NCBI GenBank assembly: GCA_028534125.1
Contig: CM052816.1
Span: 39,930,001 to 39,994,000 of the forward strand
Reading direction: 5' to 3'
Length of the DNA stretch: 64,000 nucleotides
Source: Lama glama
Taxonomy: Eukaryota
Shown here: positions 39,686 to 52,450 of the stretch, in pieces
Layout: every line of letters starts with the position of its first letter
How positions within the stretch are numbered: the stretch's first letter is position 1
Made by a program: the position numbers and the translations under genes
Notes under the pieces: model-generated
The model's database searches: none
The model's input: only the letters and a program-made list of their open reading frames with translations
Told to the model about the DNA's origin: nothing

Positions 39686-40045
39686 CATACAATGGGATAT
39701 TATTAAACCAGTAAAGATTCATGCAGCAACATGGATGAAGCTTGAAAAGATTTCACTAAGTGAAAGAAGCCGGACAAAAAATCACATATATAATATGATT
39801 CCATTTATATGAAATATTCAGAATAGGTAAATCCAAAGGACAGAAAGCAGACTGGTGGTTGACAGGGCTGGGTGAAAGGGAAAATTGAGAGGTACTGCTT
39901 AGTGAGTATGTAATTTCTTTATGAAGTGATGAAAAAGTTTGAAATTAGATGGAAGCAATAATTGCACAATACTGTGAATTTATTAAATGCCATTGAGTTA
40001 TGCACCTTAAAATGATTATTATATGAATTACACCTCAATTAAAAA
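39686..40045 (+). mobile_element. L1MB (5/7-like) 3' UTR
   Basis: CAACATGGATGAAGCTTGAAAA...TGATTCCATTTATATGAAATATTCAGAATAGGTAAATCCA. Confidence 0.85.
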
Positions 40046-40109
40046 TACATAATTTACATGCAGAAAAAAGTATAATATTAATGTTAAATATTTATATTTC
40101 TTTATTTTT

Positions 40110-41370
40110 TACTAACAGATTCAACCATATAAACAATACCCAAATTAATAAATAAAGTATTTCTTTCCTCCCAGAAAGTTCCCTTGGGCCACCTTTCAGT
40201 CACTATCACCACAAACAACTACTCTTACGAACTTTAAGACTGTAGGTTAGTTTTGTCTGTTTTGGAACATCCTGTAAATGGAATTATGCAATATGAACTC
40301 TTTTCTATCTGGCTCCTTTCAGTCAGCAGAAAGCTTTTAAAATTTATCTAGGTTGTTGCATTGACAAATGTTTGATATCTTTTGTATTGCTGGAAGATAT
40401 TTTTTAGAATTTTTTTGATTATGCATTGTTTTGTTGATGAATATTTGGGTTTTTATTATTTGGCAGTTATTATTAAAGCTGTTTTAAACAATCTTGCATA
40501 AATTGGTGTGCACTTGTTTGTGTCTTTTAGGTAAATACCTAGGAATGAAAATTGGGTTATACAATAGGTACAATGTTTAACTTTATTAGAAATTGTCAAA
40601 AGATTTATGAAGAGGTTGTGCACATTACGCTCACATAAGCGATGTATGAGAATTTGGATGGCTCTACATCCTTATTCTTTTAATATAACTTGGAAGTTAA
40701 TCATAGTTTCAATTTACATTTTCATCACAACTAATGCAGTTATCGTGAGTTTTATCATGAGTTTATTGGCCATGTGTGTATTTGTTCCTTGTATGAAATG
40801 TCTGTTCAGACTGTTTGCTCATGTTTTAAACAACTATGTTTGTATTTTGTTTTATTACAGATTTGTAGGTTTTCTTTATACATTTTGAATATAAGTTTAT
40901 TGTCAGACATGTGGATTATAAATATAGTTTACCTTTTAATTTTATCAATGCTGTCTTTTTATGACTAGTAGTTTTTAATGTTAATGGTTATGGTTAATGC
41001 TTTTACTATTTCATAAGAAATAGTATTTTAAAGAAGCCTTATGATTTTAGCTTTTGCATTTAGATCGAAATTGTATTTGCCATCATTATGTTCATGTGTT
41101 CGTATGTGTGTGTGTGTGTGTGTGTGTGAGAATGTGACTTGAAAAAAGAGATCAAATTTCCTTTCTGAAGTGTGGCTATCCAATTGTTCCAGCAGTATTT
41201 GTTGATAAGTCTTTCCTTCCCGCATAAAATTTTACTGGCACCCTTACCATACACACTGGCCTCTTTTTGAACTTCCTCTTGTGTTACACAGATCTGCATA
41301 TCTATCTGTTTACCTATCTCATACTGCCATTTTTACAGTATCTTAAAAGAGAATCTTAAAATCAGTTTCT
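40110..41370 (-). mobile_element. Degraded L1ME-type element containing a (TG)n microsatellite
   Basis: GTAAATACCTAGGAATG, ATGTTTAACTTTATTAGAAATTGTCAAA and TATCCAATTGTTCCAGCA. Confidence 0.75.
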
Positions 41371-41850
41371 GTGATTCAAACTAGTATTCCAATTCTCCAC
41401 TTACCTGGAAACCACAGAGCCCAGGAAAACACCCATCCACAGATTACGACATTTCATTTATCTATACCTGCATTTTTTCTCTGCCATATTTTTTGAGGGT
41501 TATGCTTGGATTGTTAACAGGAGCAATATATATTGAAATATATTAATGTATATTTATCTTTTCCATTTCTCTTAAATGATCATCTCTCTGAGCACCATCT
41601 GCTTATCTTCTTGAGGGGATGTGCTGCAGTTATTTTAATTGTTAAAATAGAAATTTAAAAAGAGAGAATGAGTCAAGTTTTAAATTTAATTACAAAAAAA
41701 GTATTTGAAGAGTCTCAAAAGTAAGGTTAAATGGGCAGAAGTTTTTTCTAAATGCTTTAGGGTACTTAGCATAGCATTAACCAGTATTGGAAATATAAAA
41801 GAATTATTTTGTGGTGAAGATTAGGAGTTTGGTTTTAAAACATGCCTGCA

Positions 41851-41941
41851 GGGAGGAGGGAATAGCTCAGTGGTAGAATGCATCCTTAGCATGCGCAAGG
41901 TCCTAGGTTCAGTCCCCAGTATCTCCGTTCAAAAAAAAAAA
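41851..41941 (+). mobile_element. tRNA-derived SINE (camelid Vic-1-like)
   Basis: GGAGGGAATAGCTCAGTGGTAGA (A box)...GGTTCAGTCCCC (B box), poly(A), TSD GCCTGCA (41844-41850, 41942-41948). Confidence 0.85.
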
Positions 41942-43146
41942 GCCTGCAAATTGCTTGCTATTTGTCCATCAAATAGTGGAAATTAATTCTCTTCCACTTA
42001 AATAGTGGCCAGCTTTTGTGAACCTCTGCTAATAAACAGACTTAGCAGAAGAGAAACTGCTTGACTTTTGATGCTAGGTTGGGAAAGGCCTGATTCTTTC
42101 TCTTGGGATATTCATCTTGGCAATCCAACCACCATGTTGTGACGTCCCCAAAACACGTGGAGAGGCACATGTCCAATTACCCAGTAGCACTATCTTAGTT
42201 AACAGCATACAGCCAGCATCAGCCAGGAGATATGTGAATAAATCAGCCCTCACATCATTCCAGCATCCAGCTTCTAGCATCCGGTAATCCCCACCTAATG
42301 CTGAGTGAAACAAAAATAAACTGTACTGTCAAAGTCTTACACAAATTACAGATTTGTAGGTTAAAGAAAAAGTTTTTGCTCCATACACTAAATATTGCAC
42401 TGGTTTGTCTAAAAGCAGTGCATGGCTGGAATAGATTTGGGTACCAGGACGGGTGCTGCCACAGTAAAACTTAATAACAGGTGAGAGTGGCTGAAGTCCA
42501 GGCAGTGGGAGAAGCTGGAAGGACACTGAGGACAGTGTTGCAGAGAGTCTAAGGAAACTCAAAGAGATGTTAGTGGAAGCTTGGTGGCACTTCAGGAGGA
42601 TATTGGCAGGAGATGAAAGGAACATAAGAAAATTGTTATTGAAAGGTGGAAAGTTTAATGATGTTGTCACCTTTGTTAACATGAAAAATAGGAAAATGAA
42701 CTTGATCTAATTAAGAATATTCGAGATAGAGTGTTAAAGTTGCCATCTGGCTTCTTCTGGTTGCTCATTTTAAAACATGAAAGAACAGAGATAAGATTTG
42801 AAAAACATTTTTTTTAGCATAAATTAACCAGAACTTTCAGAGTTTGACAATAAAGCCATTTGTCATCCACATACTCTGCTGTTAGCAAATGATTCTGAAA
42901 GATTAAAAATGTTTTCTGAGCTCAAGTCAAATTCAGGGCATTGTCAGGAAAATATAGTCTAAAGAAGACTAAAGGCATGACTTTAAAACCCTCTGTTGCA
43001 ACCACAGAAGTATGCGGTGTGGTACTTGAAACAGACGACAGTTCCTCTGAACATCTTAATGTCATGCTCCACTGATCTCTTTATTAAATAATAAAGACTC
43101 TAGAAGTCCTGAGGACTTTCTCCTTGCAACCTTACAGGAGGCCAAA

Positions 43147-43496
43147 GATAAAGAAGTCAAATGTGGAAGCCGTGGGACTGAGGTGGCTCTAACACCTTGG
43201 TGGCCTCAGTAAGCAAACCAAAACCTAAGCCAGAGGCAATGTGCTCAAATCCAAGAAAGTGAAAATCAAGAACAGGCTATCACAGCCAACTAGCCTTTCT
43301 CAAATAAAGCAACTGCTTAAGCCATAATCAATCAAATGGTTTCTTTGCTTTGCTTCTGTATCTGCTCTATGAAAATCTTTCCCCAACTCCTGTCCGTGGA
43401 GTGCTGTAACCACTTTCCCTTTAGCATTTCCCAATTCACATCCATGTTTGCTCAAACTCTTCAACATCTTAATATGCCTCAGTGTCCCTTTTATCA
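43147..43496 (+). mobile_element. ERV1 MER4-group solo LTR (LTR37/MER57-like) nested in the MaLR internal region
   Basis: GACTGAGGTGGCTC...GTAAGCAAACCAAAACCTAA and the end TTTGCTCAAACTCTT...ATGCCTCAG...TTTTATCA. Confidence 0.65.
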
Positions 43497-45929
43497 GTAG
43501 AGATGGACTTACCTCAGTGAGACTTGTGAGTGTGGCCTTTGTCTAGTGGAATGAATACTGTTAATATTTATAGAAAACCTGCAGAATTTTTAAGAGAATA
43601 TATTGGCAGAAGCATTGCCAGCTTGGACCAAGAGGAATAGAAGCAGAACAAAATAGTCTGTTGGACCTTTGAACTAGTATGGGCAAGGTGCAAGCTGTGA
43701 AAACTGTTCAGCTGCTAATACTAACCATTTCTAATGGGAAATAAACAAGAATTCAGACAGAACCAAGAACCGCAAAGTTGGACCCAGTGGTCAACCAGAA
43801 TCATTCCCAGGCCATAGGACTGAGCCCGAATCAAGAAGTTGGCAGCCTGGTCTTGGCTTAATTTCAAATCTGCTATTACATATGTGATATGTGTGTGCCT
43901 CACTTCCCTCTTTTTTGGATGAGAAGGTCTGTAGCAGTTATCCTAAGCCAGTATCACCATCGTGTGTTATTTGTGTTGGGTCAGGGAGGAGTGGATAATT
44001 TGTCTTTATAGTTCACAGGCCTTCAGATACAGGCGAATTGTCCCAGAATTGCTGTAGTGGAAGAACCCTACCTGAAAAGACTCATCCACAACTGAACCTA
44101 ATTTAAATATAGAAATAGTGAACTTAACGCTGGATGTGATTCCACAATAAATGAGACTTTATTTATTTAGGGTCATGGGAGAGGGAAGTGTATTTTACAT
44201 GTAGGAAGAATGTGTAAATATATCATGGATTATGGTCATTTTAAAACATGTTTGCAAACTCTTTGGCACTTCTTTCCAGGAAAAAGTGGGTTGTGACTTC
44301 CTCCCTTTTAAATATGATCTGGTCTTAATGACTTGCTTCTAATTAATCAATGTCATGGAAATGATGGTTTATGAATTTCGAAGCTGGCTTCTAACAGGCA
44401 AAGCCACTTCTACTTTATCCTCTCTTAGAATATTTAAACTTTGTACCCAGCCATGAAGTTTTAAAGAAGCCATGGCAATGTGCAGACATCAGGAAGTGTT
44501 TTGACTGGCATCTCCCCCATTTAAGTTTCTGGGCAACAGTCAGAACTAGTGACTAGTCATGTGATTCACTTCATATACCTGAGTGCCATTTTGGAGAAAC
44601 AGTGAGAGAATGGAACTTGAAAAACTGACTATGTATCCAGTCATTCAAAAGAATTATTTTTAGTGAAAGAAGAGTATTTCAATCAAAAGATTGTTTTAAA
44701 TGTAAAGGCACCCTTCCCCACTGCAGAGCTCTGTGATGGCTTATGAAAGAGGTCAGCTCAGTTCTGGAGAAAAGAAAATATTACTTTTCTACATGTATCT
44801 GAGTTTATTTCAGTAGAGCTTCATTCCAACTGCAGTTTTTGTATCCTTATTTTGAATCTTCAGTGAAGATTCACAAACATATTTTGCAAAAGTATGCCTA
44901 TACCTTATGCTATTCAAGATTATATGGTTCATTAAACCAAATTGTGTTAGAATTATGCAACATAAAGATTAAAGATACAGCTTTAGTTAAATATATGTGC
45001 TCTATATTACATAAATAAGGAATCAAAGGCTAAGGATGTTTATTGATCTGAGGAGTATAAACAGAATATTTAGAACAGTATATTAGCATAGAAATAAAGA
45101 ATTGCTGTCTTTTCTAACAAAGTGAGGGAACTATCCAGAAGGATACAGCAGTCTGTAACATGTAGTAATAAACGTAATGGAAAAGCATTTTGTAAACTAC
45201 TCAGTAGTTTTTAAGCTCTTTGATGGAATTAAAAAAAAAGAAGAAAAAGAAATAGGTCTACTTCTTATATATGTTAACAACACTAGATAGTTTTCTGGTC
45301 AGTTGGAAATATGAAGATTGCCATGTAAACAGTCTCCACTTTTTAATATCAGTGTTTCTCCCTGTCTCTTCTGCCTTTTACCTAATTTGTGCACTCTCAT
45401 TTTTTAGTTCCACTGCTGTTTTAAGCTTTGTTGGAAATGGGGCCAAATATAAGGGTAACCAGAATAACCTGTGTACATACAATCTCAAAGTACACTTAAG
45501 AACAGGTAAACTCCTAACGCCTTTCATTTTCTATTTTTGCGGTTATTGGTTGTTAATAAAAGGATGACTGATTTCAGGGATCTCTAAACAGTTGTACATT
45601 ATTGTTTGAAGAAAACAGTAAATGTATAAGGAAGAAGGAAACTTGGCTTTAAAAAAGGACATTCGGATTTCAGATTATAAGGAAAGTGAAAGGATTATTG
45701 TGAAGTATAAAAATTCAGTCAGCCCCTAAATCTCTAGGTGTCCCCTCCCCTTGAATCCATCTCCGTGTGTTTGAGACAGCTCAGAAGTACCCACTCTTCT
45801 CACTTCCCTGTGTATGCAGAACTGGGGGGATGCTATTAGGATGAGTTTATTTAGCATTATGTAGTTCTTAGGATGCACTGTTTCATATTCTCTAGATTCA
45901 GACTCTGTAAAGACGAAAAGAACAATCAA

Positions 45930-45992
45930 CAAAACTGCTGAACTTAAAAGAAAAAGAAAGCTAATTAGCACACAGTTGTAAATGGGTTTATT
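45930..45992 (-). terminator. Candidate cleavage/polyadenylation site
   Basis: AATAAA at 45992-45987 on the minus strand followed by a long U/GU-rich tract (CTTTCTTTTTCTTTT...GTTTTGTTGATTGTT), with upstream TGTA motifs. Confidence 0.45.
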
Positions 45993-46280
45993 TGCTTCAG
46001 GACCCTTGATTTCTTCCTGTTGTTCCCTGGCTTCTCTGCACTGATTTCTACATCCATCATATTTCACTTCTCTGAAATCAGCTTATGCACTTAATGGTCC
46101 AGACTGGGCAATCAGTGTTGATTGAAATCAACTGTACATTGATGCAAGAGGTCCACTGCTGCTCCAAAAACCAGCTGTGTAAATCTAAAGGAATGATAAC
46201 TATCAGCTCTTCCTTTAAATATGGATTTCTACATTTCCTTAAGCACGCTGCTGTTGTAATGACCCAGTAGGCGCTTGTAT
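45965..46280 (-). other. Candidate terminal exon of a minus-strand transcript (possible C-termini YKRLLGHYNSSVLKEM* or IQAPTGSLQQQRA*)
   Basis: Strong acceptor acttctttcctag at 46281; unique sequence ending at the poly(A) signal. Reading frame cannot be fixed from the window. Confidence 0.4.
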
Positions 46281-46442
46281 CTAGGAAAGAAGTCTTTGGG
46301 TAAACACCAAAGCTTATATCTTCAAGTCCCAACACTCGGACATGATGTTTGGTAGAAGAATTTATCACTGGCTTGTTAGCCTCTCAGAAATCGTCTGGTT
46401 TCTTGCATACAAAGACAGGGTGCATGCCACTGTGGTACTTAC

Positions 46443-46458
46443 TGAGAATATGCTGCTC
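46443..46458 (-). other. Candidate 16-nt microexon
   Basis: tgtttctattgaatttaccttag|GAGCAGCATATTCTCA|gtaagt; 162-nt intron to the acceptor at 46281. Confidence 0.3.
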
Positions 46459-46907
46459 CTAAGGTAAATTCAATAGAAACAATGCATTTTGTCTTGCTAT
46501 GGAAGAACACTGTTCTCAAAATCTTCCAACCAGGTATACTTCTAATTTCAACTTGATGGTTTTACAGAACGAAGGTTGACAGCAGAGAGACAAGATTGTT
46601 TCATTTCTCTCACAATAGGGTATCTATGTTTGTTTGGCTTTCAGAGCTGAAACTAGGGAAGCTGCAGTATAACTTTATCCCTATGTTGCCCTGAGGTGAG
46701 TATAAATCATCTCTTTCCATGAGACGGCTTCATTGGCTCTGCATGGTTTTTCTTCCTCTTCTACCTTTAGCCTACGTGAGATTCCTCACTTCTTGTTACA
46801 AAAAAAGTTATAAAAATACTTAAAAAATAAAAAATAAACTGATTTTTCTCTATAGTTTTAGCTTAACTTCATTAAGACATTGCTTTTTATTTATGTGGCA
46901 TATTTTA

Positions 46908-49000
46908 AAATAGATTTTGTGTTTCAGAGCAGTATTAAGTTTACAGCAAAATTGAGCAGAAGGTACAGAGATTTCTCTTAATACTCCTTGCCCCTACATA
47001 AGTGCAGGCTCTCCCACCATCAAAAATCCCCCACCTGAGTGGTACATTTATTACAACTGATCAACCTACATTGACACATTGCTATCACCCAAAATCCATA
47101 TTTCACTTTAGAGTTCTCTGTTGGTGTTGTACATTCTGCGGCTTTTGACAAATGTATAATGACGTGTATCCACCATTATAGTATCATACAGAACAGTTCC
47201 ACTGCATAAAAGTGGTCTATGCTCCACTTATTTCCCTTCCTCCCTAAATAACATTTGTCAAACACTAATCTTTTTACTGTCTTAATAGTTTTGCCTGCTC
47301 CAGGATGTTGGAATCATACAGAAGCCTTTTCAGGATGTCTTCTTTCACTTAGAAGTATGCATTTAAGGTTCATGCATGTCCTTTCCATTATGCTGTTGCT
47401 GTCACAAATTACATCTTCCTACATTACTTTCAGAGTATCAGAGATGTTGGTTTATGTATTTGTCTTTTAAATTGTGTAGAAAATAAAGAGTTACAAACCA
47501 AAACTAAAATAATGCCAGGCTTCATATTTACTATGTAGTTATGTTTACCAGAGTTCTTCATTTCTTCATCGGTTTCAAGTTACTGTCTATTATCCTTTCA
47601 TTTTGGCCTGCAGGACTCCATTTTTGTAGGGCAGGCCTACTTGTAAAAAACTCCTTTAGTTTTCTTTTTTTTTTTTTTTGAATCTCGAGGTGTCTTAAGT
47701 TATCCTTCATTTTTGAAGGATAGATTGGCCCCATACAAAACTCTGACAGGTTCCCTTCCTTTTCTTTCAAAGTTTTAAAAATGCCATCCCACTCCCATCT
47801 AGCCTCCCTGGCTTCTGATGATAAATCTGCTGTGAATCTTATTGAAGATTTCTTGTATCTGGTGAGTCATTGTTCTTATGCAGCCTTCAAGATTCTCTTT
47901 TTTGTCCTTGACATTCAACAGATTATAATGTGCTTCTATGTGGGCTTCTTTGTATTCATCTTTTTTAGAGTTCTTTAGCTTCCTGAAAGAGTAGATACAT
48001 ATCTTTGATCATATTTGGGATATTTTCAGTCATTATTTCTTTATATATTCCTTCTGGCCATCGTTTCTCTCCTCTTCTTTCAGGATTCTGATTCTATTGA
48101 TTCACTGGTGGTTTCTCACAAGCCTAAGACTGTATTCATTATTTTCACTTTTTCTATTTCTAAAACTGGATAATTTCAAGTTTCTGATTCTTTCTTCTGT
48201 ATGCTCAGATCTACTATGGCAGTCATCTAGGGATGTTTTCATTTCAGTTATCAAACATTTCAGCCACAGAACTTCTCTTTGGGTTTCTTTTATAATTTCT
48301 CTCTATTTTTTTATGTGTATTTTCTCCTGGTTGCCTATATGTCCTTGTCTAGGGTCTTCTTAGTTCTTTGAATATATTTAAACCAGTTGATTTAACGTCT
48401 TTACCTAGTTATTCCAACTTCTTCAGGACCAGTTTTTGTTACTTTCTTCTGTGAAAAGACCATACATTCTTCATTTTTTTATAAAATTCATATTTTTGTA
48501 AACTTGACATTTGAATATTGTACTTTGATGACTCTAGAAATCATATTCTCCTCTTTTCAGTATTTGGTGGTTGTTATAGGCTGTGGCTGTTTCTTTGTTA
48601 AGTAACTTTCAGAAAGTATTTTTGTAAAGTCTGTATTCCTTGTCATGTGTAGTCTCTGAATTATCTGTCTCTTTGGATCATGTTCAGCTCACGTTCTCAC
48701 AGATAATGCCTTGGACTCCAAGAGCCGAGAGACAGAACACCCATACACAAAAGAAGTTTGACAGAGATTTTCCTAAATACATGTAGCAAAAAAAAAAAAA
48801 ATTTAAGGAAAGATAAGAATATACTCTCTCTGTCTTTGTAGATTGGCTCTGTATTGGGACACTCCAGTAATTAGCCAACCCCTTTAAAATTCATCCTTAG
48901 TCTTTCCTTTTCTGCTTGCTCTGACTCTAGACATCAGCCATAGGTGATTGCTTAGGGTCTTCTCAGGACTTTCCTACACAAACATTCTGTTTTCTTCGCA
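46908..49000 (-). mobile_element. L1MC-type 3' UTR (to about 47385) joined to L1M ORF1/5' region remnants
   Basis: AGAGCAGTATTAAGTTTACAGCAAAATTGAGCAGAAGGTACAGAGATTTC (L1MC1-like end); later TCTGATGATAAATCTGCTG and TTCAAGATTCTCT (antisense ORF1). Confidence 0.8.
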
Positions 49001-49899
49001 ATAATTAAATTGCCTGTGGTAACATGATTAGTATTTTAATTGCTAAAGATCCTGAACTCTGCTTTTCTCTATATTAAGATTTATATTGAACAACCTAAGT
49101 ATGTTTTTTAATTAGTCAATGCTAAATGCCACCAAATATTAGTTAACTTCCTTTCTATAATTTTATAGCTGTAATTCGTGACTTCTTTTGTGTCAATTAT
49201 TAAACAAATATATTAATCCAGAAGAGTCTTTGGATTCTTAGAAGAATTCCTAATACCTCTGTATACAGAACTTGGGACTCCAAAAGTATTAATTACACAA
49301 CACTTTTAAATTATACAGATTTACTAATGTTGGGGAAATGACTATATCTTGGTTCATATGTAGAGAGTTTATTCACGGATAGATGCCATTTTAGTTATAC
49401 AGTAGTCAATGTAATAAATAAATACCATGTTGACAAAGGATATTTAATACCATGTTTTTAAAGAGACTGATGGTCTCTTATTCTCACCAAAACAAATTCA
49501 ATGTACCTTTATATTTTTAATCCAGTTGTTCACAGTTTGAAGTTTATTTACATGGCTAATATCATATATTAGAAATATTTTTAAAAATATTTTCCTGAAT
49601 ATATATAAATTTTTACAAATACATGTAAAAATAGAAATGGATGTACAAAGAAATGCAAGTATATTAAATACACACCCTGTTCAAGTACAATGCTCATCAA
49701 GCTAGAAACAATTCAAATATCTCAGTCGCTTTTCTTTACAGTTGTCTTACTAATTTAAAATTACATGAATCAACAAAATACTATAATCATAAAAGCAAAA
49801 AAGTTAAATAAGTTGCCTGATAATAAGTTAAACCTGATGAGTGTGAAAAAGCAGACATATTCATAATAGAGAGTGTTTACATTGTGACATATAAAAACA

Positions 49900-50240
49900 G
49901 GATTCAGAATAAGCCAATTGGTCTCTATTCATGTTTGGAACTGAGGTTTATAAATTCAAGTATGGTGGTAGTGGCAAATGTTTGCTAAAATCACCAAGAA
50001 ACAGGAAAAGATAGTGTGCAGCAAGAATGTGTAGAAAGAAAAAAGCCAGAAAGCAGAGAGAAAGTACGTTTAATGTTTCTGATTACCCTCCATCTAGATT
50101 CAGTCTGAAGAATGGTTCATCTCTGTCTTTGTCTTCCGGAAGATACCTCTCTGTTCATTTAACAACTGCCATGGTTTTAGTTTAAATCAGCTTCAGTATG
50201 TTTCTCTAATATGTAACCGAGAGAGTCTTAATAAGGTAGT
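49900..50240 (+). mobile_element. Old ERVL/MaLR LTR fragment
   Basis: End GTTTCTCTAATATGTAACCGAGAGAGTCTTAATAAG resembles LTR33/LTR16/MLT1K termini. Confidence 0.35.
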
Positions 50241-51859
50241 ATACTTTTCAAATTATAAATTGTGACTGGCTCGGGAAACTCCTGCTTATCTATGTGCTCT
50301 GTGATATGACCCCCATGTTTCTAGGGCAGTCTCTTCTTTCAGCAAGATTCAGCTCCTCTGAATGATCAACAGTGAGAAAGCCTCAAATTTATTTCAGAAA
50401 CTAAAAAAAGGTTATGATCTAAAATAAAATAATAGCAGGACAGCATGTATTTTGAGTAGCTATAGAATTGCTGATGCAGGTTCAAAGGCTATTTAGTTTT
50501 TGCCATCCAATTCAGTAATAAAATGATGAGCCAAGGGAAAAGAAAGGCTATGGAAATACACTCTGAGTACATATTTGCTATTCCTCTTTCACTGACTTTT
50601 ATCTCATTAGTAAATCAAGAAGAGTGCTGTATTAGCTGAGCGTCTAAAGGGTACATTCCTGTATATAATGTTTCAATTGCATATCCTCTTGAGTTTTCTA
50701 TGTCATCCCATAGGGCTGCAAGATGACCAAGTAGCTGGCAGGGAATTTCATACTACTATTATTGATCACGATACGAAAAGAAAGCAGTAAAGACATCAGC
50801 AGTACATGGCACCAGATGACATCTTTATAGCATGGCTAATAAAGATGATTTGAAATGGCCCATTGACTTTTTCTATGCCCAGAACCTGGAGTAAATATAT
50901 AATTTAATCTTGCTCTATGAGTTGAAGACATCTTCTTTTTTTGAGAATTATGACATTATTCATGTTGCTAAAGATAAGGCCTGCCCCAGCTTTCACTTTT
51001 AAAGCTCAATTATTAAATTTGGCTTCAGGGTGAAATGTGGGTGAGGTAAATGGGAGTGATTGAGAGATGGGAGATGAAAGTTTGAATCTCTGGTTACAGA
51101 AGTGAAAGAAATCAAAATGTGCAGTCAGAGCAGTATGATAGTGCCGCTTAGCACATGTGAGCTTCAAATTGTAACCTCCACTGTTTATCCCCAATTTATT
51201 TTGTGAAACTCTTTTACTTCATGTTAGCAGTCACTAGAAAAGAGCAACTTTTTTTATTTCCTTGATGAGTTGGTTTTTCTTTAAAGAGGGATACTCAGTT
51301 TTGTCCATCAGCTCTTTATTTAATACCTGTCCAACATAGATTTTTCTTGGTGACAGGAAACTATAAAAGTTCAGCCGATATAAAAAAGATACCGGTCCAC
51401 TATATGGAAATACACTTTTGTCTATTCTGTTCTTGTAAAGGCATCATGAAAAAAGAGTGTCTTACAGAAAGTCATACTCAATGCTTAAAAGGGAATTTAA
51501 AGAAATAGAAGCATCACAGGTAGAGGAGTCCTCTGAAATTAACAAAATAAAAATTTACATATATATATATATATAAATATATATGTTTTCTATAAAAGTA
51601 ATTAAGCATACTTTAATACTACCAAGCTTTACTTTTTGATCAGGTGATCTACCTGGAATCAACCTAAAGCCTAATGATAAATAAATTCTATATGAATACA
51701 ATAGACATTTGTCACAGAAAAGCACTCTAGGTTACTTCAAGAGAGCAGTTTATTGAGATAAGATGATAGAGGTGATGGACGTATCAGGGCAAAATATTTT
51801 CGTTTTAGTTTGTTTGGCTTTGGTTGAGGGACTCAGTGATAGATGATATCCCTGATTTG

Positions 51860-52450
51860 GTTACTGAGCCGGACAAGCCCACTTCTCCCATTTCTCTCTT
51901 ACTGTCACGCGACTGCCACCCTTAATGGCACCTTTGACTTGAGATATGTGGATCTTTTCCTCATACCAAGCAATTCTGAGATACCAGCTGGCTGTCTTAG
52001 AATTTAACTCAATCCTGACACTTGTCTACTTGGAGAGAGCATCAGACCCTGCAGGTTAATGGCTCAGTCCCACGAAACTGCCCTCCACTTCAGATGTCAA
52101 CTACAAGTAGCAGGTCCCCAGATTGCCCATAACTTTGGTCTGACTTTGCTACAAATCAGAGGTTCCCATGACCTCCTACCCCTTAGATTGGATTATCTAG
52201 AACAGGTCGCAGAAATTTCAGGGAACAACTATGTTTACCAGTTTATTAAAGGATATGACAAAACATGCAAATGAACAGCAAGATGAAGAGATACATAGGG
52301 CAAGATCTGGGAGTGTCCTGAGCCCAGTAGCTTCTGTCTCTGAAGAGCTGGGTTGCATCACTGTCCCAATAGGTAGATGTGTTCAGCAACCTGGAGCTCT
52401 CTGAATCGCATACTTTGGGGATTTTTATGGGGGATTTCTTTGTAATCACA
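51860..52450 (-). mobile_element. MER21-family LTR fragment
   Basis: Internal similarity to 10206-11051 (CCTGACACT...GGAGAGAGCATCAGA; CATAGGGCAAG; CAACCTGGAGCTCTC). Confidence 0.8.

Larger units (their letters stand above)
41810..44660 (+). mobile_element. MLT1G-like MaLR provirus: 5' LTR (about 41810-42432), internal region, 3' LTR (about 44222-44660)
   Basis: Two related LTR starts (GGTTTTAAAACATGCCTGCAAATT; TCATTTTAAAACATGTTTGCAAACT). The internal region starts ATTTGGGTACCAGG and ends in a purine-rich PPT-like tract. Confidence 0.7.

Noticed and set aside
39140..40045. Second possible L1 5'/3' bipartite element interrupted by MLT2
   Set aside because: No TSD found, and the pieces may be different L1 subfamilies joined by deletion.
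41851..41941. tRNA-Ala-like sequence as a tRNA gene
   Set aside because: It has a poly(A) tail and TSD and sits inside an LTR, so it is a SINE.
42329..42682. 117-aa minus-strand ORF
   Set aside because: Antisense to MaLR LTR/internal sequence; repeat-derived chance ORF.
45726..46067. 113-aa ORF with a hydrophobic stretch
   Set aside because: The hydrophobic run is the translation of the U-rich tract downstream of the poly(A) signal; no known similarity.
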